DNA from: Hyalangium minutum
GTDB lineage: Bacteria; Myxococcota; Myxococcia; Myxococcales; Myxococcaceae
NCBI RefSeq assembly: GCF_000737315.1
Contig: NZ_JMCB01000005.1
Coordinates: 20,001-268,000, forward strand
Length of the DNA: 248,000 bases
Reading direction: 5' to 3'
Part shown: positions 130,622 through 140,497 of the stretch, in pieces
Layout: every line of letters starts with the position of its first letter
Position numbering within the stretch: the stretch's first letter is position 1
The notes under the pieces: model-generated
Database searches by the model: none
What the model was told of the DNA's origin: nothing
What the model saw: the letters and a program-made list of their open reading frames with translations, nothing else
Translations under genes and position numbers: made by a program

Positions 130622-131982
130622 TTGGGCCCGTTCCTGAGACGCGCGGCGGCACGTTGGATGAGCTCAAGTGCCTCGCGCTCGGTGTGAGTCTCGCCCGTGG
130701 GCAGCGGACCGATGGCCGCCTCCAGCTCGAGCAGCCGGGCCTCATCCTCTCGGGTCAGGCGGGGCTTGGAGAGGAGGGCTGTTCGCTCCTTGAGGAACTC
130801 CTCGATTTGGGGCGGACGCGCCGTCTCGAGCCCGAACAGATCGCTCGTAAGGATCTGGTCCACCCGCCAGCCGCGAATGGACTCCACATCGTTATCGATG
130901 ACGACGTGATCTCCCTTGCGCCGCAGGACAACGATGTTCGCGTTCGTGGCACTCTGGACGACGAGCGGGCTGTGCGCGGTGACGATGAACTGCGTCTGGG
131001 GAAAGCGATCCGTGAGGTACCCAATAAGCTGGCGCTGCCACTTCGGGTGCAGGTGGAGATCGATCTCGTCAACGAGCACCACCGCGGGCTCAGCCAGGGG
131101 ATTGGGGCTGTTGGGGTAGCGCTCGAACATGCGGCTGGCGAGGTCCACCATCCAGGCGATGAGGGTCCGATACCCCAAGCTCAAGTCCCGCATGGCGACC
131201 CAGCCGTAGGGTGTTAGCACCTCCACCCGTGCGGCAGGGACTTTCGCCGTGGGAACTGCGAAGCGGACGTCACTCACCTCCGGGAGCAAGTCGATCAACA
131301 GTTGCCTGATCCGGTCCCGCTTCGTTGTAGCTGCTTGCTGGTCGGGAGAAGGCTTGCTGGCGGCATAGTCCGCTTGCAGGAGCCATTCTTCCGCGTTTCT
131401 CAGGGGCACATCTTCGAGGAAGAGGCTGTCACTCGGTTGTGTCTCTTTGAGCGCAGACAGAGATCCCGCCCCCATCCGGCGGGTGGCTCCGTACCCGTAA
131501 CACACCAGATTGAGGAACGGCTCAGAGATAGTTTGTGACGTGGAGCCGAGAACCTCTGGGGTCAAGGAATACTCAAGTCGCTGCTGATGCTTGGGAGAGC
131601 CTTCTTCAGGCACCCAATTTCCGGCGGAGAGCTCGGCGGAAAAGTGTGCGGCTTTGGCTTGATGGCGTACGGGAACCCAAGGCAAGCGACCGTAATGGAC
131701 AAATCCCTTGGTGGCGTAGTGAGGGCCCGACGAAGCTGGTTCAAAGGTCGTCAAGCTCTGCAAGAGCGTCGTCTTGCCCATGCCGTTGTTGCCGAGGATC
131801 ACCGTCCAGCGTGCTGGTTCTCCTCGCTCATTTGAGAGCTTCAGGGTCTGGCTGGGCCCGAAGCACCGGACGTCCTTGAGTGTCAATGAAAGGAAGTACA
131901 CGGGCAGGGCGGCAGGTTTCGGAGCCTTTGTGCCACGCCCCTGTTTGCCCTGGCGTGATTTTCCCTGACCTCTGGCGGCCAT
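130618..131982 (-). CDS. AAA/ABC ATPase, PtuA-like
   Basis: GNNGMGKTT; LSLGY; DEIDLHLHPKWQ. Confidence 0.85.
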   Translation of the reverse strand: MAARGQGKSRQGKQGRGTKAPKPAALPVYFLSLTLKDVRCFGPSQTLKLSNERGEPARWTVILGNNGMGKTTLLQSLTTFEPASSGPHYATKGFVHYGRLPWVPVRHQAKAAHFSAELSAGNWVPEEGSPKHQQRLEYSLTPEVLGSTSQTISEPFLNLVCYGYGATRRMGAGSLSALKETQPSDSLFLEDVPLRNAEEWLLQADYAASKPSPDQQAATTKRDRIRQLLIDLLPEVSDVRFAVPTAKVPAARVEVLTPYGWVAMRDLSLGYRTLIAWMVDLASRMFERYPNSPNPLAEPAVVLVDEIDLHLHPKWQRQLIGYLTDRFPQTQFIVTAHSPLVVQSATNANIVVLRRKGDHVVIDNDVESIRGWRVDQILTSDLFGLETARPPQIEEFLKERTALLSKPRLTREDEARLLELEAAIGPLPTGETHTEREALELIQRAAARLRNGPK

Positions 131983-132319
131983 GTCGCTCCCCTGCGGCGT
132001 TTCCCATCCCGATGCTGAACTTGGGCGGTGTATCACGGATCCCTCCCTCCGGCCTGACCCGCCAGGCCTGCGCGCTGCTCACTCATGGGGTTCTGCCTCG
132101 CTGAAGTGAGTGGGACTTCGGTGGGGCGATAAGCAGCATCCAGGCCACCGCCAGAACTCCGTGACTTCGCGTGGTTACGTGGGAGTGTCAGGCCCTCGAT
132201 CGTCTCATCCGGCGGACGGTGGAGTCCGCAGCTGTGGACGGCGGGAGCGCCGCGTGTGGCTCCGCGAATTGCCAGCACTGGATTGGCAAGAGGCCTCCGC
132301 CTGGACGATCGTTGCCGTC

Positions 132320-134560
132320 ATGACTCCGAAGCCGCCCGGGTTCCTCGTCCGCCACATCCAGCAGAAGCGGTGCGTGGTCTTCGTCGGCGCGGGCCTCTCG
132401 GCGGGAGCGGGGCTGCCGACCTGGAAGGAGCTGCTTCTCCGGGGCATCCAGGAACTGGTGGGGTCTCTCCCCAAAGGCGAAGTCCACCAGCAAGAACTCT
132501 CTGACCTCGTCAAGTGGGGCAAGCTGCTGGAGGTGGCCGACTTCTGCAAGGAGAAGCTTGGCAGTGCCTACCACCAGTTCCTCAGCGAGCAGGTGCGCGG
132601 AGATCAGGTTCAGAAGCTTCCCCCCACCCATGATGTGCTGATGCGCCTGCCCTTCAGTGCGTGGGTGACGACCAACTACGACAAGCTCCTGGAGCGGGCC
132701 TACTCGCAGGTGAAGGGCGGCGGCTCCCCGAAGACGCTCACCCACAAGGACACGGAGGCGCTCGGGCGGCTGCTCTTCGACGGCGGCCCGTTCATCCTCA
132801 AGGCCCACGGGGACATCGACCGGCCCGAGACGGTGGTGCTCACCTCTCGCGACTACAGCGAGATCATCCACGCCAACCCCGCCTTCAACGAGATCTTCAG
132901 CGGACTGCTGCTCACCAAGGCGCTGCTATTCGTGGGCTACTCGCTGTCGGATCCGGACTTCCGGCTGCTGATGGACCGCCAGCTCACGCACTTCAAGGGC
133001 TTCGTCCCCGAGCGCTACGCCCTGATGACCGGGGTGGGGGAGGTGGAGCAGGACGTGCTCTGGCGCACGGCGCGCATCCGGGTCATCTCCTACGACAACG
133101 CCAGCGGGAAGCACGCGGAGGTGCTCGACTTCCTGAAGGCGCTGGAGGCCGAGGTGCTCCCGAAGCCGGCCCTGGAGCCGTTCATGGTCCCTTCGGAGTC
133201 CGCGCCGCCGCAGAGCGGCTCCTCACCCGTCCTGGAGTCCATGCCGTCCCGGCAGAGCAGCCCCGCCCCCACTCCGGCGGCGCAGTCCTGGCACGTCACT
133301 TCTCATAACGTCGCGGCGGGCTCGGGGCCGGGCAGTTCAGTGCTGGGATCCCGGGTCGCGGAGCTGTTCCTGCAGGGTGACGAAGAACCCGAAGTCAGCT
133401 CATCGGCCCCTCCCCCTCGCGGTCCTGTTCCCCAGCCCGCAGCCCACGTGCCTGCGGCAGCCCCCGCTCCCGTGGTGGTTCCTCTCACTCCCCACCGGCT
133501 CCACATCGAGCCCGTGGAGGGAAGGATCCAGCTCCGGCTGATCCGAGGAGACACAGCGCCGGTGGTGCAGGGGACCGTGCCCACCCGCCGGGGCGACGAG
133601 GCGTGGCTCTCTCTCAAGGAGGATGAGGGCGATGAAGCCACCGCTGCTCACTCCCTCGCGCTCACCCAGGGCCTGCTCCAGCGAGACATGCCGCGAGAGG
133701 TGCTCGCGGCGCTGGAGGCACAGGACGCCTCCGCCCAGGCGCCGCTCGTGCTGCACATCGATCCGGTGCTGGACCGGTTTCCCTGGGAACTGCTTCCGGC
133801 GGGATCAGAGCCCGTCAGCCTGATGCGGAGGGTGAGCCGCGCGCCCATGGGCATCCCGGCCCAGGTCCGTGGCACTCCCGCAGTCCGGTCCTCGCCGCGC
133901 ATCCTGCTCATCGAGGGGATGAGCCGTGATGGGAGCCTCCGGAGGCGCGAGCTCGAGCGCCTTCACGCGCTCTATGCGGCCGGCCCTTTCTCCTGCACGG
134001 TTCTCCAGGGCAGCGAGGCGACGTTCCGCCATGCCATGGAAGCGCTGAGAGCCGAGCAGACGGACGAACTGCCGGACCTCGTCCACTACACCGGGGAGCT
134101 CATCCTTCCCGGCTCTGGACCCTGCTTGCTGCTGCGGGATGGGCCCCTGCCGGTGGGGGCCCTGCGCTCCGTGCTCAGCCAGGGCCGACTGCCCTTCCTG
134201 GTGATGAATACCCCCTCCTCGGCGTACGAATACCTTCCGTTCCTGAAGCAAGGGCGGCGGGCGCTGCGGCTGCCCTTGCCCGGGCCAGACGCCTTCGATC
134301 AGCGCGAAGGCTTCATGGAGCTGGCCGTTCAGCAAGGCGTGGGAGCCTTCGTGGGGGCCTTCTCCTGGCCCGACGTGAGCGTGGGCGCGGACTTCATGGT
134401 CCAACTGCACCGGGCGCTCTTGATGGGGCAGCCCATCGGCGACGCCGTCCTTCAGGCCCGCAGAGAGGTCCACGCCAAGCTCCCGGATGATCCCACTCCG
134501 CTCCTGTACGTGCTCAGTGGCGACGGCGCTCTCCAGCTCGTCCGCTCTCAGCGCAAGTGA
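132320..134560 (+). CDS. SIR2-like NADase fused to CHAT-like domain
   Basis: GAGLS, TTNYD, KAHGD, FVGYS; PWELL, VHYTG. Confidence 0.75.
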   Translation: MTPKPPGFLVRHIQQKRCVVFVGAGLSAGAGLPTWKELLLRGIQELVGSLPKGEVHQQELSDLVKWGKLLEVADFCKEKLGSAYHQFLSEQVRGDQVQKLPPTHDVLMRLPFSAWVTTNYDKLLERAYSQVKGGGSPKTLTHKDTEALGRLLFDGGPFILKAHGDIDRPETVVLTSRDYSEIIHANPAFNEIFSGLLLTKALLFVGYSLSDPDFRLLMDRQLTHFKGFVPERYALMTGVGEVEQDVLWRTARIRVISYDNASGKHAEVLDFLKALEAEVLPKPALEPFMVPSESAPPQSGSSPVLESMPSRQSSPAPTPAAQSWHVTSHNVAAGSGPGSSVLGSRVAELFLQGDEEPEVSSSAPPPRGPVPQPAAHVPAAAPAPVVVPLTPHRLHIEPVEGRIQLRLIRGDTAPVVQGTVPTRRGDEAWLSLKEDEGDEATAAHSLALTQGLLQRDMPREVLAALEAQDASAQAPLVLHIDPVLDRFPWELLPAGSEPVSLMRRVSRAPMGIPAQVRGTPAVRSSPRILLIEGMSRDGSLRRRELERLHALYAAGPFSCTVLQGSEATFRHAMEALRAEQTDELPDLVHYTGELILPGSGPCLLLRDGPLPVGALRSVLSQGRLPFLVMNTPSSAYEYLPFLKQGRRALRLPLPGPDAFDQREGFMELAVQQGVGAFVGAFSWPDVSVGADFMVQLHRALLMGQPIGDAVLQARREVHAKLPDDPTPLLYVLSGDGALQLVRSQRK

Positions 134561-134672
134561 AGGCCGGTTGACGCGGTGCAAAATCCAACCCCACGGGCCG
134601 CCGTGAAAATCGCCCTCTCAGGACCTGAGAACCCCACGAGAAGCCCGAGGCTCGTGTAATCTCCGCCCACCG

Positions 134673-136382
134673 ATGTGGCAGATCATCATCAACGGGCCGG
134701 GCTACTTCGACACCCCTTACGATCTCCCCGAAGGAGCGACCAGCCTCGGCCGAGCCGATGAGAACGACATCGTTCTCGGCGGAGACCTTGTGTCGCGCAA
134801 GCACGCCTGCCTGCTCGTGCAGGGCGACACGCTGCGCATCGAGGACCTCGGCAGTCGCAACGGCAGCCGCATCAATGGCCTCCCCCTCCAGGGCGGCAAA
134901 GACTTAACCCCCGGCGACATCGTCACCCTGGGAGAGAACACCCTCTCCGTTCGCCAGCCCCACACCGTGGAGAGCGCCGCCACGGAGATGGTGGACCTGG
135001 GCGCTGGAGGCGTCCGCCGCTTCGGCCACGGGGAAGACGTCTCCCCAGCGGTGATTCTCGCCAAGAATGTGAAGGATCTGGACGTTCTGCGCGCGCTCGA
135101 CAACTTCGAGCCTGTTCCCTACGAGAATGAATCGGGAGGCAGTACGCCCATTGGTGCCGGTGGCAGCAGCCCTCGCGTCTCCTACGAGAAGCTCGTGCTG
135201 CTGTTCCGCACCGCCGAGTCCCTGGCCACCGCCGAGTCCCTGCCCGCCTTCCTCGAGTCCGCCATGGACCGAGTGCTGGAGCGCACCGAGGCCACCACCG
135301 CCGTGGTGCTGCTGCGCCACTCCAGCGGGGTCCTGGTGCCCGCCTCCGTGCGCCACCGGGGCAAGCTGGCCAAGGGCGAGGTGCCCGTCTCGGACGCCAT
135401 CGTCGAGGAGGCCATGCGCCAGGGCCGCGCGCTCGCCGTGGGAGACGTGCGAGACGACCGGCGCTTCGCGGGCCGCGAGAGCGTCATCCTCTACGGCGTG
135501 GACCGGGTGCTCTGCATCCCCATTGGCCGCGAGCCTCCCTTCGCCGGCGTGCTCTACGTCAACACCCCCGCCGAGTCGGAGACCACGCTGGAGCTCATGC
135601 TGGACGCCTGCACCGCCGTGGCCCACCTGGTGGCCAGCGGCGTGCAGCGCTTCTCCGCCCAGAGCCCCAAGGAGACGGGTGGCCCCGGCAGTGCCCTGCG
135701 CCGCACCCTGGAGCGCTTCCACCCGCCCGAGGTGGCCGAGCGCCGCGCCGCCGAGGCTCAGCGCACGGGAGGCCGCCCCCCCGCCCTGGAGGAGCGGCCC
135801 CTCACCATCCTCCACGCGGAGATGGCAGGCTTTGGCGCGCTGTGCACCCGGCTGGGCCCCGTGCGCGCCTCGGCCGTCCTCAATGACTTCCACGCGAAGA
135901 TGAGCGGCCTCATCTTCAGCTTCGAGGGCTCGGTGGAGGCCTTCGTGGGCGAGTCCGTGCGCGCCCTGTTCGGCTTCCCCTCGGCCAAGCAGGATGACTC
136001 CGTGAGGGCGGTGCGCGCCGGGCTGGCGCTGCGCGCCGACTGGCTGCGGGCCATGTCCCGCCGGCCCGCGGACGAGCGCTGCGAGCTGCGCATCGCGATC
136101 CATACCACCAAAGGTCTGGTGGGGATGATCGGCCCGGACTCGCGGCTGGACCTCGGCGCCGTGGGCGAGGGTGTCCCCGTGGCGGGCTGGCTCGCCTCCA
136201 CGGCTGCTCCCGGACAGGTCCTCATTACCGGAAAGACCCTGGCTTCCATCGGAGCGCGCTTCGACGTGCTGCCTCTGGGAGAGCGTCTGGTGCGGCCTCC
136301 CAAGGACAAGGTGGCGGCCTTCGAGGTGCTCGAGGAGGACGTGCCGGCGCTCACCAATCCGGGCGTCCACGGGCCCAAGTAA
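134673..136382 (+). CDS. FHA-GAF-adenylate cyclase-like protein
   Basis: VSRKHA, SRNG; degenerate class III cyclase. Confidence 0.8.
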   Translation: MWQIIINGPGYFDTPYDLPEGATSLGRADENDIVLGGDLVSRKHACLLVQGDTLRIEDLGSRNGSRINGLPLQGGKDLTPGDIVTLGENTLSVRQPHTVESAATEMVDLGAGGVRRFGHGEDVSPAVILAKNVKDLDVLRALDNFEPVPYENESGGSTPIGAGGSSPRVSYEKLVLLFRTAESLATAESLPAFLESAMDRVLERTEATTAVVLLRHSSGVLVPASVRHRGKLAKGEVPVSDAIVEEAMRQGRALAVGDVRDDRRFAGRESVILYGVDRVLCIPIGREPPFAGVLYVNTPAESETTLELMLDACTAVAHLVASGVQRFSAQSPKETGGPGSALRRTLERFHPPEVAERRAAEAQRTGGRPPALEERPLTILHAEMAGFGALCTRLGPVRASAVLNDFHAKMSGLIFSFEGSVEAFVGESVRALFGFPSAKQDDSVRAVRAGLALRADWLRAMSRRPADERCELRIAIHTTKGLVGMIGPDSRLDLGAVGEGVPVAGWLASTAAPGQVLITGKTLASIGARFDVLPLGERLVRPPKDKVAAFEVLEEDVPALTNPGVHGPK

Positions 136383-136483
136383 ACCCCTGCGTCTGGCCGT
136401 CCACAGGCCTTTCGGCCGGTTGACCGGTTGAAGAAGTCCCCCCGAACCGGCTTGAATGGAGAGATCGTGGGTCCTCGCACCGC

Positions 136484-139400
136484 ATGAACACCTCCTCCTC
136501 AGCCCGCCTGAGGCCGTTCCGGCCACAGGCGTTTGGCCGGTATACGCTCCTGTCCCATCTGGCCACCGGCGGCATGGGGGAGATCTACCTGGCGCGGCTG
136601 GAGGGAGCGCAGGGCTTCGAGAAGCTGTGCGTCATCAAGAAGATCCTGCCGCAGCTGGCCGAGGACAAGGAGTTCGTCGACCGCTTCGTGGGTGAGGCCC
136701 GCACGCTGGTGAAGCTCAGCCACGGCTCCATCGCCCAAGTGTTGGACATGGGCCTGCACGAGGGCGAGGCGTATATGGCCCTCGAGTACGTGGACGGCAA
136801 GGACCTGCGCAAGGTGGCTGGCCGCGTGCGGGACAGGCACACGCCGCTGCCGCTCACCTTCATTCTCTTCGTCATGGGGCGGGTGCTGGACGCGCTGGCG
136901 TACGCGCACCGCAAGCGGGACGACGACGAGAAGGACATCAACCTCGTCCACCGGGACATCTCGCCACAGAACATCCTCATCTCCTACGAGGGGGAGGTGA
137001 AGGTGGTCGACTTCGGGCTGGCCAAGAGCCGGCTGTCGGCGGCGAAGACCAACCCGAGCATCATCCTGGGCAAGTTCCTCTATATGTCGCCGGAGCAGGC
137101 CCGGCACCAGCCGGTGGACCGCCGCAGTGACTTGTATGCGGTGGGACTTTGTCTCTACGAGCTGATCTCCGGGAAGAACCCGTTCGACGCGGTGCACTCG
137201 GGCGACCTCATGTCCGTGGTGGCGCACCCGCGCATCGCTCCGCTGGGCGAGGTGGAGCCGCTCACGCCGTCCGCCGTGGCCAACCTGGTGATGAAGGCGC
137301 TGGCGGTGGAGCCGGCGCAGCGCTTCCAGACGGCCGAGGAGTTCCGCGCCAAGCTGATGGGCGTGCTGATGGACATCGACCGGAACGCCGGTCCAGAGAC
137401 CGTCAGCCGCTTCATGCGAGAGCTGTTCGCCCAGGAGTTCGCGGGCGAGCGCAAGCTGCTGGCCCAGCTGAAGGAAGTGCCGCGCGGGGGCGAGCCGCTC
137501 GTGCCGCGCATGGGCACCGAGCTGGACACGGATCCGGCCGCCCGGTTCCCTCCGCCCAGCCTGCCGCCGAAGACCATCAAGCTGGATCCGCCGCCCGAGC
137601 CGCTCTCCTTCCAGCCCACGCCGCGCTCCCGCCCGGGCGCCCAGGCGCATGTGCACGAGGAGGAGACCCGGCCCGGTGTGGTGGTCAACAGCGAGACCAC
137701 CCGTCCCGCCGTCTCCTTCGAGGCGCTCGACGCGGCCGCCCGGGCCCGCGTCCGGTCGCCGCTGTCCTCCCTGCCGCCCGCGCCCGACACCGTCACGGTG
137801 GAGCTGGGCTCGGAGGACTTTGGCCCCTTCCCAGGGGAGCCGGTCTCCGTGGCCTCTCCCGCGCCCGCGCGCTTGAGCGCTCCCACGGTGGAGATGCCGG
137901 TGCCCTACATGCCTGCGGCGGCCATTCCGCCCAGCGCACCGTCTTCGCCGCAGATGTCCGGCACCGCGCGGACCCTGGAGGCGCCTCGGGCCGTCCCGCC
138001 TCCGCCTCTGCCTGCTCCCAGCGCGTCTGGGAACCGGCCTCCCGATCCGCCGCTGCGCGCGGCCATGCCAGGTGCCCTCCCGCCGGGATCCGTCCCCACC
138101 AAGCCGGGAGAGATGCCTTCACCGCGCACGCCGCCCGCGCCGCCATCATCCTCCGCCGCCGCGAGGCTGCAGGAGACGCAGCGGGTGACGCTGCCTCCGC
138201 CGCCCTCGAGCGCGGTCACCCCCGAGCCGCGAAGGCAGGAGGCGAGCCGCGCCGAGAGCTCGCCGGCGTCCGCAACGGCCTCCCCGGCGGTGATGCTTCC
138301 CTTCACCACGCCGTCCACGCCGATGCCCGCGGTGTCAGCGGAGAGCCCGCCGCCCGTGCCGGAGGTGTCGCTGCCCGCCGAGCCCCAGGCCGAGATCGTC
138401 ACGGCCCCGCGGGAGCTGCCCCGGTCCATGTCCGCCCGCGCGGCGCAGGCGGACCCTGGGAGTGGAGGGACGGACGCCAGCCGCCGTGGCCTGGACGACA
138501 CGCACCCCAGCTACCAGATGGCTTCCTCGCCGCCTCCAGCGGATACGCAGCCGCGCGTGGTGCTGGATGAGCTGGCGCTCCAGAACGGCCCGGAAGAGGG
138601 CATCGTCCCGGGCATTCCGGAGGAGCCCCTCTCCAATCCCGGGCGCGACCGCTCCGAGGACTCCATCTCGGTTCCGGGCCGCCCGAGGACCGGACGGCGC
138701 CCGCGCAGCACAGGTGGGACGCCGGCGAGCTTGCCGGCCATGCGCGGAGGCACGGCGTCCGTGCGCGCCGCTCAGCGCCCCGTGGAGCCGGTGAGCGCCC
138801 CTCCAGAGCGAGCGGAGACGGATGACTCCGCTCCGGTGGCCATCGCCGTCGACGACCCCACCCCAGCAGAGGCCCGCGACCCGCGCGACGATACGCGGCG
138901 GACGCCCCTGCCCACCCGGCCGCCCACCGAGAGCCGCCGCGCGCAGCGTGAGGAGGCACGGCGGCCCGCGGCGCCGCCTGCTCCGGCCCAGAAGCGCTCC
139001 TGGGGGTGGATGGTCCTGAGCCTCGTGCTGCTGCTGGGCGCGGCCGCGGCGGTGTACGCGACGCTCCCGATGATCCAGGCGCTGGTGAAGTCGAAGCTGG
139101 AGGACGCGAAGCCTGCCGAGCCGGGGACGACGCGCATCCAGCCGACGCCGGTTCCGAGCGGGCCGCCGGGCCAGACTCCGGCCGCTGCGCCCCCGACACC
139201 CGAGCCCGCGGCGGCCACGCCTCCCGCGAGCCCCGCACCCACAGAAGCGGCAGCCCCGCCTCCCGCGGGGGCCGTTGCCGCCGTCACGCCAGAGGTTCCC
139301 GTGCCGGAGAGCGCGAGCCCGGATGAAGGCGAGGACGATGATTTGCTGCCCCTGCCTGCCACGCCGTCGCCTCCGCCCAAGAAGAGCCAGAGCTCGCGTT

Positions 139401-139657
139401 CCAGCAAGAAGGCCTCTGCGGCCTTGCGCAAGGAAGTGCAGGAGCTCAAGAACGACTGGACGGCGACGAAGGCCGCCTACGCGAAGCTCACCCAGGAAGT
139501 GTCGTGTGAGGCCACCACGCTGGGCCTCCTCTGCAGCAGGTACGACAACCTGCGGCGGGACTATGCAGCCTTGGGCGAGAACTCCTACGACAAGGAAATC
139601 CACAGCCGGGTGAAGAGGATGCGCACCGAGCTCAACAAGGCGCTGAGCGCCCAGTAG
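136484..139657 (+). CDS. Ser/Thr kinase, Pro-rich
   Basis: GGMG, HRDISPQN, DFG, SPE. Confidence 0.9.
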   Translation: MNTSSSARLRPFRPQAFGRYTLLSHLATGGMGEIYLARLEGAQGFEKLCVIKKILPQLAEDKEFVDRFVGEARTLVKLSHGSIAQVLDMGLHEGEAYMALEYVDGKDLRKVAGRVRDRHTPLPLTFILFVMGRVLDALAYAHRKRDDDEKDINLVHRDISPQNILISYEGEVKVVDFGLAKSRLSAAKTNPSIILGKFLYMSPEQARHQPVDRRSDLYAVGLCLYELISGKNPFDAVHSGDLMSVVAHPRIAPLGEVEPLTPSAVANLVMKALAVEPAQRFQTAEEFRAKLMGVLMDIDRNAGPETVSRFMRELFAQEFAGERKLLAQLKEVPRGGEPLVPRMGTELDTDPAARFPPPSLPPKTIKLDPPPEPLSFQPTPRSRPGAQAHVHEEETRPGVVVNSETTRPAVSFEALDAAARARVRSPLSSLPPAPDTVTVELGSEDFGPFPGEPVSVASPAPARLSAPTVEMPVPYMPAAAIPPSAPSSPQMSGTARTLEAPRAVPPPPLPAPSASGNRPPDPPLRAAMPGALPPGSVPTKPGEMPSPRTPPAPPSSSAAARLQETQRVTLPPPPSSAVTPEPRRQEASRAESSPASATASPAVMLPFTTPSTPMPAVSAESPPPVPEVSLPAEPQAEIVTAPRELPRSMSARAAQADPGSGGTDASRRGLDDTHPSYQMASSPPPADTQPRVVLDELALQNGPEEGIVPGIPEEPLSNPGRDRSEDSISVPGRPRTGRRPRSTGGTPASLPAMRGGTASVRAAQRPVEPVSAPPERAETDDSAPVAIAVDDPTPAEARDPRDDTRRTPLPTRPPTESRRAQREEARRPAAPPAPAQKRSWGWMVLSLVLLLGAAAAVYATLPMIQALVKSKLEDAKPAEPGTTRIQPTPVPSGPPGQTPAAAPPTPEPAAATPPASPAPTEAAAPPPAGAVAAVTPEVPVPESASPDEGEDDDLLPLPATPSPPPKKSQSSRSSKKASAALRKEVQELKNDWTATKAAYAKLTQEVSCEATTLGLLCSRYDNLRRDYAALGENSYDKEIHSRVKRMRTELNKALSAQ

Positions 139658-139659
139658 CC

Positions 139660-140436
139660 GTGACGCTGCTCCTCGAGACCCAGGGCCTCGTCGCCGGCTA
139701 TGGCCCATCGCCTGTGCTGCAGGGCGTGGACTGCTCGGTGCGTGCAGGGGAGCTGTGGGCGGTGCTGGGGCCGAACGGCACGGGCAAGAGCACGTTGCTG
139801 CGCGCGGTGCTGGGCGCGCTGCCGTGGATGCGGGGCACGGTGCGGCTGCTGGGGCAGGAGCGCTCGGCATGGGAGCCGCGCGAGCTGGCCCGGCGTGTGG
139901 CCTGGGTGCCGCAGCTCTTCGAGCCCGCCGAGGGCTTCAGTGGGTTGGAGCTGGTGCTGATGGGGCGCAGCCCGCACCTCGGGCTGTGGGGCCTCACCTC
140001 CGAGCGGGACGCGGCGCTGGCACGCACGGTGCTCGAGGAGCTGGGCGTGGCGCACCTGGCGGACCGGCCGGGCGAGGCCATGTCCGGCGGCGAGCGCCGC
140101 ATGCTGCTGCTGGCGCGGGGGTTGGTGCAGGAGCCCTCGCTGCTGCTGCTGGACGAGCCCACGGCCTTTCTGGACGTGGCGCACCAGGTGAGCTCGCTGG
140201 CACGGGTGCGGGCGCGGGTGGAGGCGGGGCTGGGAGCGGTGGCGGTGCTGCACGACGTGAACATGGCGGCGGCCTTCGCCACCCATGTGCTGCTGATGCG
140301 AGATGGCCGCGTGTTGGCACAGGGGCCGGTGGACACGGTGCTGGAGCGCGAGCGGCTCGAGGCGCTCTACGGCCTGCCCATGGAGATGGCGCTGGCTCCC
140401 TCGGGAGCCCGGCTCTTCGCGCCACGGGCGGGCTGA
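139660..140436 (+). CDS. FecE/BtuD-type ABC ATPase
   Basis: GPNGTGKS; MSGGERR; HDVN. Confidence 0.85.
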   Translation: MTLLLETQGLVAGYGPSPVLQGVDCSVRAGELWAVLGPNGTGKSTLLRAVLGALPWMRGTVRLLGQERSAWEPRELARRVAWVPQLFEPAEGFSGLELVLMGRSPHLGLWGLTSERDAALARTVLEELGVAHLADRPGEAMSGGERRMLLLARGLVQEPSLLLLDEPTAFLDVAHQVSSLARVRARVEAGLGAVAVLHDVNMAAAFATHVLLMRDGRVLAQGPVDTVLERERLEALYGLPMEMALAPSGARLFAPRAG

Positions 140437-140497
140437 TGCCGCAATGCGGCGTGGGCGCGTGGTTGACACCGCTCGCGCCGGGCGGGAAGACGGAGGC

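Noticed and set aside
131982-132320. Retron msr-msd next to the PtuAB-like genes
   Set aside because: No RT gene nearby and no clear a1/a2 inverted repeats.
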